From Amoebidium appalachense (lineage: Eukaryota > Protista > Ichthyosporea): DNA of 64,000 bases. Positions 39,610 to 60,080 of this stretch are shown here, in pieces. The position numbers and the translations under genes are program-made. Under the pieces are notes generated by a model, which worked only from the letters and a program-made list of their open reading frames with translations, searched no databases and was not told the DNA's origin. Location: positions 20,158,125-20,222,124 of the forward strand of contig CAVNZM010000001.1 in NCBI GenBank assembly GCA_963693365.1, written 5' to 3'. The stretch's first letter is position 1, and every line of letters begins with the position of its first letter.

Positions 39610-39948
39610 TGTCAGGATGTGTTGTACTTTACTTGTGTTTACTCTCCTCTGTTTTGCTGTGACACTGTGTAGAGTGATTGGATACCTAGCTTTGTTGTCT
39701 TTGTGTTAGGTCGAAATAGAAGGGCGCACCAATAGACGTGAGTGAGTGACTGTCGATCTATAGACCGTGGCGTTGCATTCCTTTCCAAGTTATAGACGTG
39801 TTTTGATTGGACACATTTGATCTGTTTGAATCCTATTCCCATGATGTGTCTTCACTCTGAGATTGCCGACTATTAGGAAATATATGTATCGTTAGATGAG
39901 TTTCTTTATAGAGACGAATGTAAATATATGTGTGAATTTATAGTGACA
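39610..39948. mobile_element. Possible LTR fragment/solo LTR abutting the truncated Copia RT
   Basis: Starts TGTCA and ends TGACA (terminal inverted repeat); AT-richer and non-coding. No matching TSD seen and only weak similarity to the Copia 5' LTR. Confidence 0.35.
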
Positions 39949-40418
39949 AGTTGGTTGAGTTTTATTTAAGTAGAATTTCTGAGCTTCTATTGTGTTGGAA
40001 GTTTGGAAGCGTTTTCTCGTTGGAATGTATTTGCCCTGTAGTTGAAGCCGGGAACCCGAATGGTTCTCTTTTAGGTGAGATACAGTGACGAATATTAATG
40101 GGCCAGAACAAAAAGGCCCGAGAGTGCAATAAAGGTCAGTTGTTGTTTCAATCTTCAAGTTCTCGAGTCATGAACAACTCCGAGCGGCCTTCTCTTTCTT
40201 GTGTTTGACCTGTTTACATGACACCTCTGTGCCCTCTGCTTCCCGTAATACCCTGCTACCTTCTGGTGTAGCTCTTATTTTTCAAGGAGACGCGGACGAT
40301 ACGGAGAGCTGCTGATCACGTGGCTCACCTACCTTGAAAAATAGCCGGTGTCGATTTATCGTACATAGGCTAGAGGGCACAGTCAGTATGTGCCAGTTGA
40401 TACCCGTACAAGACAACT

Positions 40419-40490
<72 letters not shown>

Positions 40491-40524
40491 ATACGGTATG
40501 TGTGTGTGTGTGTGTGTGTGTGTC

Positions 40525-40569
<45 letters not shown>

Positions 40570-40797
40570 GTGTGCTTGTTCCCGCGTGTGTGGGCGCGCG
40601 TGGAGGGGGGGGTGGAGGGGTGGGGGTGGGGGTTGGGGTGGGGGATAGGGGTTGGGGGGGGGGGGGGGGGGGGAGGGGGATAGGGGCTGTCAGGTACTTT
40701 TCAGGTCCCTGCTGACTGAACACATGTGCACAGACAGGGGTAACTCGCAGAGCTTATTTTTTTTTGTTACACAGGTATAATTGTGTGTGTGTGTGTG

Positions 40798-40928
<131 letters not shown>

Positions 40929-41120
40929 GTTCGTGTGCTTGTGCGCGGGTATGTATGTGTGTGCGTGTGTCACAGTTATTTGTTTTGTGTATTTTTGTAT
41001 GATTAGTGTATTTGTGTGTGCTATTTGTTTACGATTTTTACTCGAAATCTTGTTGTTAACTCTGGCATTGAACTGACAGTTGCTTGTTTTGTTTTTACTT
41101 GAAAATTTTGTGGTCCGACT

Positions 41121-41511
41121 TGTTGGAGTGCAGACTTACGCTCACTCCACAATATGTGTATGTTAGCTTTACAATTGGTTCCGTGTACACAGACACACGC
41201 TGACACTCGATCACCACATGCACATCTGCATAGTTGAGGAATGTTGCCAATTGTGTTTTGACTGCAAACGATTGGTTCACTGGTCCCAGAGATCTCTAAA
41301 TGAAAGTAACCAATCCGATTAGCGCCTGGCATCCGGATTACATTCCAGACTGCTGCCCCACGGGTATATAAGCCACGTCTCTGCCAGGTGCAGACATGGA
41401 GTTAAGTCATGGAGTTCAGTCATGGAGTTAACACACTGAAAGCAGTAAAAAACGGGTCAGCGCCCAAGCGCGCCACGACGACCCTAGTCACAGCGGACTC
41501 TACTTCCAACA
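41121..41511 (+). repeat. 5' LTR of TRIM-like element
   Basis: Direct repeat of 41814-42204; contains TATATAA box, CCAAT-like motifs and 3x catggagtt. Confidence 0.95.
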
Positions 41512-41813
41512 GGGTTATGGGCCCAGACACGACACCGCGGCCTCTAACTTCACGTCCCCTACGACGCCTTGAACGGAGGAGCCAGAAACCGACTTCTAGG
41601 CTGTACCCTACACCCGCTAGCGTATTTCCGTGAAGTAGAGACTTTCGCTTCCACAAACTCCATCCGCAGCAGCCTGCGACATCAACGTCAAGTATTCCAC
41701 TTCATTGGCGGGGCACGCACCACAGTGGAATGCACACCCCGGTCTACCCTGCAAGCAGCCACACTCACTCTCTCTTCTCTAGTGGTGTGTACACTTCTCC
41801 AATTGGGTAGGGG

Positions 41814-42204
41814 TGTTGGAGTGCAGACTTACGCTCACTCCACAATATGTGTATGTTAGCTTTACAATTGGTTCCGTGTACACAGACACACGCTGACACT
41901 CGATCACCACATGCACATCTGCATAGTTGAGGAATGTTGCCAATTGTGTTTTGACTGCAAACGATTGGTTCACTGGTCCCAGAGATCTCTAAATGAAAGT
42001 AACCAATCCGATTAGCGCCTGGCATCCGGATTACATTCCAGACTGCTGCCCCACGGGTATATAAGCCACGTCTCTGCCAGGTGCAGACATGGAGTTAAGT
42101 CATGGAGTTCAGTCATGGAGTTAACACACTGAAAGCAGTAAAAAACGGGTCAGCGCCCAAGCGCGCCACGACGACCCTAGTCACAGCGGACTCTACTTCC
42201 AACA
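41814..42204 (+). repeat. 3' LTR of TRIM-like element
   Basis: Direct repeat of 41121-41511. Confidence 0.95.
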
Positions 42205-42558
42205 CGACTGGCATACTATGATATTACATTGCTCGGGAGCTTCAAATAGACTGAAACAAGTTTAGAGGCCTATGCACATGTGATGCTGACCCGGCTGCCA
42301 CACGAGTAAATGACTCAAATACCACACAGAAATATACATGGCCATGGACTGTTGGTACAATACACAAACACCAGCACAGATATGCACATGCACTGGGATT
42401 TCCTCCAATGCGAAAGTTGCAATTGTCCACACACAAATACGCACACACGCACGCACGCACACACACGCGCGCAGACGAGTACGCACAAACATGCACACCC
42501 ACACAGACACGCATGCACACACACACAAGCACGCACACACGCGCGCGCGCGCACACAC

Positions 42559-42624
<66 letters not shown>

Positions 42625-43156
42625 TCGACGTCACAAAAACATACACCAGAACTAAAACACGGCACACACGCGCGAGCGCACACACAAGCGCGCATGCAAG
42701 CGCACATGCACTCACGCATGCGCAATTGCCATACAACGAAGCGCAAACACATACACCAATGTATACATACACAAACATAAACACACGCACGCGCGCACAT
42801 GCACACATGCTGCGCACGCTCACACGCACATCATATGGGTGGTGCGTGCGTGCACACATGTACACACAGTCACCGTTGAAACACTCACACACATGTGCAC
42901 ATACACACACACGCACATGTATGCACACATTCACAAAAGCACATACACACACGCACGTGCGTATACACACATGGATACACACAAACAATCACACGCACTA
43001 ACACGCACACATGCGCACACGCACAAACACACAGATACACATACATACACGCACGTGCCGCGGCATGCACGCATGAGGCCCTGATGCATGCATTTACGCG
43101 CAGACACACGCATACACACACACACTCCAACACACATACACACAAACGCGCGCGCA

Positions 43157-43243
<87 letters not shown>

Positions 43244-43856
43244 GCACGCACACACGCACACGCACCGTGACGCACGCAAGCATGCATGCACTCCATAACA
43301 CACACGTACACACGCAGGTACACACACACGCTTGCACGCTACCTGCACGCACCCAACCCGCACACGAAAGGTAAAAACCACTTGTCACATTGTGGAAAGC
43401 TTGGCAAGTGTTGGTTTTGCCGCCCTTACAGTACTGCTCTCCATTTGCCAACACACACGGGTGAGAACAGGAAGCCTCGGGCTGGCCCACATGTGCCACG
43501 GCGAAAACTTGGAATGCTTCAAAGTTTGGCTGTGTACAGCTGATGACTGTACCGCAGTGTTCTGTACCCCGCCTAACGGTTAACCGTTGTGCGCGCACTT
43601 ACCTTTTATGGCAGTATGAACACTGATGTGATTGGCAGATAAAGCACCAGCAGACTGCGTACCGGCGCACTGGGCACTGGCCTTTGTCTTGAAGGAACAT
43701 GTGGCCATCTTATGAAGAGAAGGTTTTACTTGCACCACACACATCATGAAACGTTTCAACCTTCAGGTATTCTTGTCATTCGTAGTTGCGGGTATTTACC
43801 ATTTGTGACCTCATCAACACGCCTTATTATCCTTTGCAACTAGATCCTAGACCAAC

Positions 43857-50198
<6,342 letters not shown>

Positions 50199-51668
50199 AC
50201 CCACACTGGGCCCCAATCAACGTCATAATTCTTTTGTAGCGCGGCACACCGTTTAAGAGAGATAACTGCTTTTTAAGTTCCCCCCCCCCCCCCCCCCCCC
50301 CTCTTCCCCCCCCCCTTCAACCACCCGTCCCCCTTCCACCCCCCACCCTTCCCACCGCCACCACCACCACCACCACCACCATGTTTCCCTTCCACATACT
50401 TGTGCACAATATTAGCCTAGCAGGAGAACATCATAGTATTTCGTATTTCTGTAGGTATGCAGGACTTTGCACGAATGTTGCTTGTGGTAAGTTAACTAAT
50501 CTATATAGACGGTTAGTGCTTAAAATTTGCCCAGCAGGACGTATCAATGGTTTGTGAAAAGAAGACGTATGAGACAGGGCCTGCATTCAAATTAATGGAC
50601 TGGGGTACGGTGGTTAACCGGCTTGCTGTAGGTGGATGGATGGTCTTGTATGTGCCTGTGGCGCACCTTAAATATTATGGGTTTCGTTGGTTTGCCCTTT
50701 TCTGAAAAAAATTTGTGCCTAAATTGTAATGATCGTGAGAGAGACAGCAGAGGGTGCTCGGAGGCAGAGAGCTTAATTGTAAAGAGGAAAGGAGATCTAG
50801 CTAGCAGAGAATTACTTTAAAGTAACGGCAGCCGAGGAAGACCTCAAATAAAGAAGTGATCGAGGTTGTGTTTTTTTGCTTAGGTTTGTTGGCTTTAGAG
50901 AAACGGGAAGGGAGAGGGGGGGGGGGGGGGGGGGGGGGGGGGAAGAGGGGGGGGTATTCATGCGAGCGGGACAATGGATGTGCCATTCTTCTCTTGTTAG
51001 CTGAATCGGATCCCCCCCCCCCCCCCCCCCCCTCTTCCCATCTCCCTTCCAACCTCCCATTCCTCCCCCCCTTTTTCCTGGATTATTGACGATCATTACT
51101 GTATGCTTTTTTGCAAGAATATTTTAAAGTTAGCTATAGGTCGGTTGTGCTAGCGTCTGCACCAATGATGTGCACTGCACTCTATTTGTCTTCGAATGTC
51201 AGTAATACTCCATTCGAAAACAAAGTCCTAGCTCCGGATCCTGTCTCGACTTTGCATTAGCAGACGTGTGTGCGCGGTCATACGTACTGTATGCAATGCA
51301 CAGCACATAAATGCGTGACCGTAGTATACCACAAACACCGCAGCATCTTGAAAATTGGCACACATACACGTGTATGTAGTAGTAGTAGTGCCGATGCTGC
51401 GTATTACAGTGGTGTAAAGGACCCGAAGAGTGATGTCCCCTCAGAGTCCCTTTCCGGATCCCCTCTGCTATCTATCTGTCCCTCCCCACTCCCCCTTTCC
51501 CCCAGCCCCCCACCGTGACACACACACACACGTCACAGTGTCACAGACACACACACACACACGCCGTGACAGACACACGCACACACACAGACACACAAAC
51601 ACGCACGCACGCACACACAAAAAACGCACACGCACACACGTACACACACACGAACACACGAACGTTCG

Positions 51669-51793
<125 letters not shown>

Positions 51794-53156
51794 ACGTGCA
51801 CAATTGCAACCCACGTACGTCACGGCTCACGAAGGCTCCCGGACACTCTTCAGTCAGTCAGATAGTCTCACTGCCACTTTAGGAGAAGACTCAGACTCGA
51901 AGTCAGCCTCCGGCGCCCGCTAGTCTACAGCTAGCGGACTGTTAGCACTATGTACACTGAGGCCTGAGGCCCTGAGCCCCACATCACAGGGCTGGCGTCA
52001 CTGAGTGAGCCTCATGCTGCGGATACCCAATCAAAATGCTGAAAAACATCCGAACGGTGAAGCGGTCTCCACCAATCATTAGAGACATTAGGTTTGATTG
52101 GTTTCCGTTGAGTCACTACCAAAACTTCAAATGTTGGGGTGTCCTTTTGTGTAAATCACTTAAAGGGATTAGAAGTGTTTCGTTCAAGCTTCAAACCATC
52201 CTCATTACTACGGAAAAACTTGATGTATATAAACAAAAACGTTTTTCAATGTTTTGTTGGTTGTATATCAATATCTAAAGGGTTCAGCACTATGATTCAC
52301 TCAGATTGAATTTTGTTGTGCATTATTGAACAAAATTTCCTGGGGTATTTTTCTATACACTCGCCATCTCCCTCACGTTGTTCATCGGATGCACAAAATA
52401 TGCAGTGTCCGAGAGTAATATGCCTTTTGCTGTAACTCATTCCAGAGATATCTACCATGTATTGCTTATTCAGACTTTGAAGAGTCTACAGAAAGCTTAA
52501 AAATAAAAATGGATCATGTCATGATGGAGGCCCCGATGAAAATCACTACACGGCAACAATCAAGGAGTTTGGGGGAATTCCTCCTGCAACAATCAAGTTG
52601 AGACAACGTTTCCCTATTGGCTGTTGAAAATAAATAGAGCCACTGCGCCTCATCCGGATAATATCGGACAGTGGTAGTAGGTATGCTCCTGTCGTGTCAC
52701 GTGATGAAATATTAGCGGAAGGCAGTATGCGTTTACATAAATTCACAATGTAGCTTTGAAGAGCTGATATAAAACATACAAATAAATCATAAGATTCAGT
52801 ACCCCTGTCTCTTTCTTTGATACGAAGAGAAAGGGATGGATGTGGCCACTCTGGCCCGAGCGGTCGGCCCTTCCGTATCATAGTGGCACCAGCTGTCCGG
52901 AAATACCCGAGCATTGACTCTGAGTCTGCGCGGGCTGGTCAGTGCACTGCGGGCTTCATACATTTCAAGAAAGAAAGACCATTTTTTGTGTTTCTACCAC
53001 ACTGACTCGTCCAAGTCTATTACCAGTGTTATGGTCTAGTAAATAGTACTACAGAAGCAGTACAAGTAGAAAGTCAGGAATACTTCTAAACTAAGAGCTG
53101 CCACTGAAGCCCTCGTTCACTCATTTTATAGACCTTGTCAGTACCCAGCTCTGACA

Positions 53157-54827
53157 ATGTCGAGCACACAGACGCACACCCTGTTGTTCTCTGAGCACGG
53201 AAGGAGTGACAGTATAGATTCTGGGGTAGTCACAGACGAAGAAACACCCAAGCACAGGGCAAGTGTTACTTGGGCGGACCAGCTTGAAATAGCAGCAGAT
53301 GATAAACAGCCATGGTGCACAGACAGTGCAAATTTGCACTCTCCCGTTGAGGCACAGAACGATTTGTTAAATCCTTCAGAGTTCTCCTGGGCAGACGAAC
53401 CAACACCGTCGTATACCAGGCCATCTGGGTTTTCGTGGGCTGATGAGCCTACCCCATCCATTGTATATTCGCCTGCTGTAGAGGGCAATAAGGAGAATGC
53501 TGGACCAGCAAATAGCTCCAGGTAGGAAAAGCTGTAAACCCGGCGGGAAAAAAATCTTGAACGGAAGGGCTTCTCGAAAGCGTCTCTGGTAGCTTCTCTT
53601 GGGTGACTAAAGCCTTTTCCAGCTATTATTTAAAGGCGGCTGTATTCTTTTTTTTATATATGGCGCTTGAGTCACGGTGTTTTATTTTCGTCCTCCGCAA
53701 TGTTCAACATTCCCTGTGCTTACGCCCCAGTGCTTGCTTGCTTATTGCCCATGTTCTAATTAACAGCGCTGTTCTATTCTGGCTCGTGTTCTCTTATATT
53801 TGCGTGCAACTTGGCAAGCGCACTGGTCACACATTGACTGGTGCCGTGCTGCTGCAGACGCTTCCCTGATGTTGGGCAGCTGCTGGCAGAGGCCTCCACA
53901 GACTCGGCTGTGCACTTCACGTTTGACCCCGCCCAAGACATAGACAAAAGGAGAGGGGGGCAAGCGGAGGCAGTGGATCTGAGGATGAGAACGGTAGGTG
54001 GTGCATTCACGTCGGGCATGTGTGTGCTTGTGTGTTGGGTGGGAGTTTTGGTGGCAGTGCGGTGTTCGTTTAGGTGTTTGAGTGGTTGTTTTGTGGCGGC
54101 AAACCCGGGCCAGTAATGGCGGGCATGTGTGTGTTCGGCTCTTTACTGCAATGTAAGCGTGATCTGCACCGTTTATTGTACTGACCTGGACCAACTTCTT
54201 TGATGTTTTTCGAATTACCACGCCCTTTTTGAGTTTTTCTTTTTTGTTGTCTTTTTTGATTCCTTCTATGTGATCGGTTACTGATTCGAATACTCCCGTG
54301 TTCATTTTTGGGAACGCAGACACACGCGTTTTTTTTTAAAGCATGCCGTTGCCCTCTCTGATTTTCACCGTTGCTTTTCTTTAAATTAGCAAGTGTGCCG
54401 TGTTGCTGTGCACAAGATCTAACCTGAGATCCTTCGTCCAGGACGAGTATTTTGAGGAGTGCTATGAAAAGGTGTCGCTGCTTGGCCAGGGGGCGTTTGG
54501 GACTGTGTGGTCGTGCAGGCACGTCGGCACGGGGGTGGGGGGTATGCAGCCAAGGAGGTGGCCCGGACGGACCGGTGGGTGGAGGCAGACGTGCTGAAGG
54601 AGGTCGGGCTGCTGGCACGGCTGCAGGGCTGTGAGCAGATAGTGCACTATGTCGAATGCTTCAAGGATGACGACAGGTGCGTGAAATGTGCTTGGTCTGT
54701 AGTTGGTCATGAGTGATGCTGTTGCTGAAATAGATGGCAAGCAACCTTGACGATCAGGAGTTGAGGCAAGCCATTTAGGAGGCAGGGCTTGGGAGGTAGC
54801 AGGTGAGAGAAGCGGGGGGAAGGGGGT

Positions 54828-54861
<34 letters not shown>

Positions 54862-54924
54862 CGGTGGGGGGGTCCTTTATTATCGTTTTCAACTCTTAGG
54901 CTTTCCTCCCTTTCTATTCGGTTC

Positions 54925-54964
<40 letters not shown>

Positions 54965-56471
54965 AGGGGGGGGGATTTTCGAGGTTGTTGGTGAATTCAC
55001 CGGTCTCAGATCTAATTGGGTAAAAAGTGGGGCCTAAAATCGTGGCCAAATACTAATCTACAGCCTCTCATAGCCAGTTTATGTTCGAATTCACTTAGAA
55101 AAGAGGTTTTCGCCCTCTAAGTAAAGTTGTAGGAAATAAAGAGACACGCTAAGTTGATGTAGGCGGTCTGGGGTGTCCGACGCCTCCTTCAACGTCAAAA
55201 TCAGCCAAAGCCAGCCAAAACCGCCTCCGGCTACGGCCAGCCTGACTGCCGACTGACTGACGGCGGGAGTCGATCGCATATAGCAGAACATTTGTTTTTG
55301 CCTGTTTTGACCTCAAAAAAAGCGCCAGACACCCTATGTTGTTTATATAAACAATGTGTGTCGCTTTATTTTTCTAGACTTTTAATTAGGGCGTCAAAGC
55401 CTGTTTTCTATTCATAGTTTATATTTTATTAAGTAAAAACAGATTTGGACTATGACCGGCATGGAATGGCTAGGCCCCACTTTTGAGCCGCCAAATTCAA
55501 CTAGGGATTTGAAATCGGTGAATTGTAAAATCTTTAACAGAAAGGTTTGTTGCTTGCTTCAAAGCCATACTCACACTAAGCAACCTGCGCAGATTTGTGA
55601 TCGTGACCGAGGAGCTGCAAGGAGGGGAGCTATTTGAGCACCTTGAGCGGTGCCAAATATTCACAGAGTGCGAGGCCAGTGATGTCATAAGGGACATTGC
55701 ACATGGGCTCAAGTACAGCCACGACAGAGGCATAGCACATAGGGACCTCAAACCAGAGAATGTGCTGTGTGTGCGCAGGGACAGGGCATCCCCCTGCAAG
55801 GTGGCCGACTTTGGCCTCTCTGCCTACAGCCCTGCTGCAACCACCCCGGCACTCAAAACCCCTGTGGGCACCCTGCAGTATATGGCCCCAGAGGTATGTG
55901 GGGCTATATGTGTGTGTCTTCATTTTCTTTTGCACCATACTCTACCTGTTATATGTGATAGGATACATGAATTGCTATCCAGACTACAGTTCGATTTGCA
56001 GCAAAGTACACGAGCGGGCAGGTGCACACCCACAAACACTCACGTAACACACCCACCCACAGTAACTCACTCATCGTGCACGCTTTACAACTCATTTCAA
56101 ATCTACGGGTGCAATTTGGGCACGGCGCATATGCACTGCACACACGCGCACAGATGCTTTTCTGTTCAGTCATCCATGTGTTTCCTTGCCTGCGCCCATA
56201 TAACCGTGACACACATCTGACGCTTTACCCCATACAGGTAGTTGAGGTAGAGCACGGGCAGGTTGAGTCGTACACCAAGAAGTGTGACATCTACGCACTT
56301 GGGGTGATAGCCTACATGCTGCTGTGCGGCTATCCGCCCTTTGAGGCCGACTGTGGCCGCAACTGTGGTTGGGCTCAGGGCCGCCACTGCAGTGAATGCA
56401 TGGAGGACTTGACCTTCATGATCAAGGTGGGTGCACGGGGGGGGGGGGGGGGGGGGGGAGGGGGGAGGAAA

Positions 56472-56516
<45 letters not shown>

Positions 56517-57232
56517 GAACACTGGTAGTCTGGGTATATGCACAATAGAAACTCACAGAGTAGGGAGTACATGTTATGATATGATATGCCAGAGCGTGAT
56601 GGATATTCCAGGCACCGAATAGGGGAATAATAAAAATAAAATGAAAATCATGGGGTCGCTGGGTGTGTTCGGGTATAGGTGTTTCCTTTTTGTAGTTGGT
56701 GTTGGTGTGGTGTTGTGTTCTGACCTCTATGTGTGAAGCAGGAAAGTGAGGTGAATTTTCCCTGGCAACTGTGGGAGGATGTGTCTGAGAGTGCCATCGA
56801 CCTGATCAGATGCATGCTGAGGAAGAACCCCGATGAACGGTGGGTGCCCAAGACAACCAAACACCACCACTACATGCATACTCATGCACACACTTCTATT
56901 CCCCCCTCCGCCCCCACCCACCCATTCGCACACCCACCCACCCCCACACACACACACACACACACACATTCACTCATGGACATATGCCTACTTCCCCTTA
57001 TCTCTCCTGGTTAGGGTGCACACGTACGACTCCAATGCCTGCTTCTTCTGACTGAGCTTTGCATATGTAAATCATGTATCGAATGTGCACAAGCAGGTGT
57101 GTTTAATTGCAGGTAGGAGTATATGGCGTGCCGGTGGTCTCTCTCAGTTAAAGTTCGTGATGTGTTGTAATCTCCCCCCCCCCCCCCCCCCAAAAAAAAA
57201 AAAAAAAAAAAAAAAAAGCCACGCGCGCGCGC

Positions 57233-57288
<56 letters not shown>

Positions 57289-57328
57289 CACACATATACA
57301 CACACGCATACATACACGCACAGACACA

Positions 57329-57367
<39 letters not shown>

Positions 57368-57452
57368 AAGCATGCACGCACGCACATGCGCGCGCACACA
57401 CACATGCACACATACGTATACGCATGCACATGCGCGCACGCACACATACGCG

Positions 57453-57507
<55 letters not shown>

Positions 57508-58284
57508 ACATACGCACATACGCACACACACACACACATGGACACACACACGCACCTACCATTGGTCACCACATCCCACAACCCCAATCGAACCCCCCCC
57601 CCCCCCCCCGCCCCTGGGGGACACCGAATGGACGCAGCTCTGTTTCAAACTGCCCGTTACCACTCATTCCATATCATGCACGTTGTACTTCATGCTGGGC
57701 AAAAACACTTAGTAGCCCCCACCTCACCCAACACTCCATCCCACTCCCATCACCTGCTGTGTGCTAACCCTCACTCCCTCAGGCCCAGCATTGATGATGT
57801 CTTGGCCCATTCGTGGCTCCTGTCTGCACCCCATACCGTGCTGCCCTCCCCGGGGGTCTTCCAGCAACGGCTAGCAGCTTCCACCCAGCCCTCCCCCCTG
57901 CCATTACCCCTATTCCTTGCCCCCCACATGGCGCCCAACCCATATCCCCCTCAGTCACACACCAAGCAGGCCACCCTGGCATGCATGTCACGTGACTCGG
58001 TGTCCTCACACTCCCCGGGCACACCTGCCTACCATCCCCCCACGGTGTGTGTGGACCTGCCCCTCACCACCCATCACACCCCAAGCATGGCCATGGACAT
58101 CATGTCACCCATGCAGCACAGACGTAGGACCCAGTCAGAGGAGGGCCTGTGTGGGTCCCTGAGCTCCCTGACAGACAGCAGTGCCGTGCTGCCCACCCTG
58201 CTGGCTAGACGGTGGCTGAAGAAGGCTGCACCCCAAATGGCACAGTCTATGGATGACCTGGCTGATATGCTCAGTGCGATGTGA
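53157..58284 (+). CDS. MKNK: MAP kinase-interacting Ser/Thr kinase (MNK/MKNK family, CAMK group), 7 exons
   Basis: Exons 53157-53521, 53858-53993, 54442-54676, 55593-55893, 56238-56426, 56742-56839, 57783-58284. Motifs: [39 protein letters not shown], the MNK-specific zinc insertion [16 protein letters not shown], and C-terminal LLARR (MAPK-docking-like). One 1-nt frameshift in the G-run 54537-54542. Confidence 0.88.
54994..55524. mobile_element. Foldback/MITE-like element in kinase intron 3
   Basis: Nested imperfect inverted repeats: aattcaccg/cggtgaatt, aaaagtggggccta/taggccccactttt, aaataaagagacac/gtgtcgctttattt, gggtgtccgacgcc..gtcaaaa/ttttgacc..gcgccagacaccc. Confidence 0.6.
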
Positions 58285-58470
58285 GTGCTCTTGGGGGTGT
58301 GTGGGTTGGAAGTGTACATGGTTTGTTTGGGTTGGGTGGGGTACATGCATGTATGGAACCGAGGGAGAGGGTGGTTTTTCTTCTTTCTCCCTGTAATTCT
58401 TATTTTATCTTATCTACTTGTTTTGTCTTTTTACTTTTATTGTCTTTGTTTATTTTTTTTTCCAGTGGGG

Positions 58471-58519
<49 letters not shown>

Positions 58520-58945
58520 ACATATCAGGCCAAAATTAGTATTAGCAGTTAACTGTTAACATAATACAGCACATGTATAGATAATGCTGCATGCGCGCTG
58601 CAAATGGTGTGGAAAGGGCTACATACATACCAGCATAGGATTAGCTTTCAATCTCTATGAACAGACAGGCCCCTTTGTTGTACTATTAAAAACCTACCTA
58701 ATTAGAATGCAAAGAATTGCGCATGCGGCATACTGCGCATGTAGATAGGCTGCTGGTCGGCTGTGAGTAATTGCAAATGGCAGAAAATGCCAGCCTTTAA
58801 TCAGCTGGGGAAAAAAAATGCCAGCCTTTAATCAGCTGGGCACTTAGCAAGATGCATGTTGGTACTATGCATCGTTAAACAGCAATACCATCTATAAGCA
58901 GCCACAAGAGCGCATGACACACGCACTGCCACCTTACCATCCGGA

Positions 58946-59009
<64 letters not shown>

Positions 59010-59175
59010 TCCCCCCAATCACCACCACCACCACACACACGCACACTCACACCGGTCCCACACACATGCACGACTCATTACAAGCAACTAATAGTTAATT
59101 GTAATAGTTTCGTGTGGAGGGATATAGCTCAGATGCAAGGAGAATCACACGGACACACGCATGTGCACAAAACGC

Positions 59176-59213
<38 letters not shown>

Positions 59214-60036
59214 GAACACACATACCCACTCACCCACCCACTCACTCATTCACTCACACAAACACCCACACTCGCGCATTCGCATCCAAAATCACCCAGG
59301 CTCACAGACGGGTGCCCTTTCTCAATTTCATCCCCACTATACACCAACGCACCACCGCACAAGCACACGTATTCACCGGCACCCGTGCATATCCTCACAT
59401 CATGATGTGCCCGGACAGTGCAAAGGTGTGCACTGGCCCCCCCCCCCCTCCCCCCCCCCCCCCTCCCCCATTCTCCCCGGAAAAAAACACCCCCCCCCAC
59501 CCCCCAACCCCCAAAAAACCACCACGACCACCACATACACAAACACACACATACATCAACTTTATCATGAATGACACACTCAGACCATGTGTTTTTGCAA
59601 TTGGGTAAATAGCTCTAGAGGTCATACCGCGGTACCGCGAGGGGATCCACTCGAGGGGTCAGTCAAGAGAGGGGGTTTGAGGGAAGTGTATGAACAGCAA
59701 GTGTGGTGGTGGGGGCGGGGGGAGGGGGGGAGGGGGGGGGGGGGGGATCTACATTGTGGGGGGAGGGGGGGGGGGGGGGGGGGGGGGGGGGAAATGGGGG
59801 GTTGCAGGGTCACGATTAGCAAGGAAATTTCGGATTCCATGCATGCAAATTGTGTGGTGCTTGAATAAATGTCTGGATAGGTTGGGTGCGACTGTGTGTG
59901 CGTGAGTGTGGGTGGTTGCACCATGGGTGGGGTGCCGTGCACTGTGGAGTGCACATGTCACGCGGTTAAAGTATCACACATACACGTGGGCGCAGCACAA
60001 CCGTTGATTCACACGTGGTCGGGAGAGAGGGGGAGT

Positions 60037-60080
<44 letters not shown>

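Larger units (their letters stand above)
41121..42204 (+). mobile_element. Intact non-autonomous LTR retroelement (TRIM-like), 1084 bp
   Basis: Two apparently identical 391-bp LTRs (41121-41511, 41814-42204) with TGTTGGA…TCCAACA termini; 5-bp TSD CGACT (41116-41120 and 42205-42209); PBS GGGTTATGGGCCCAG (41512-41526); PPT GGGTAGGGG before the 3' LTR; 302-bp non-coding interior. Confidence 0.95.
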
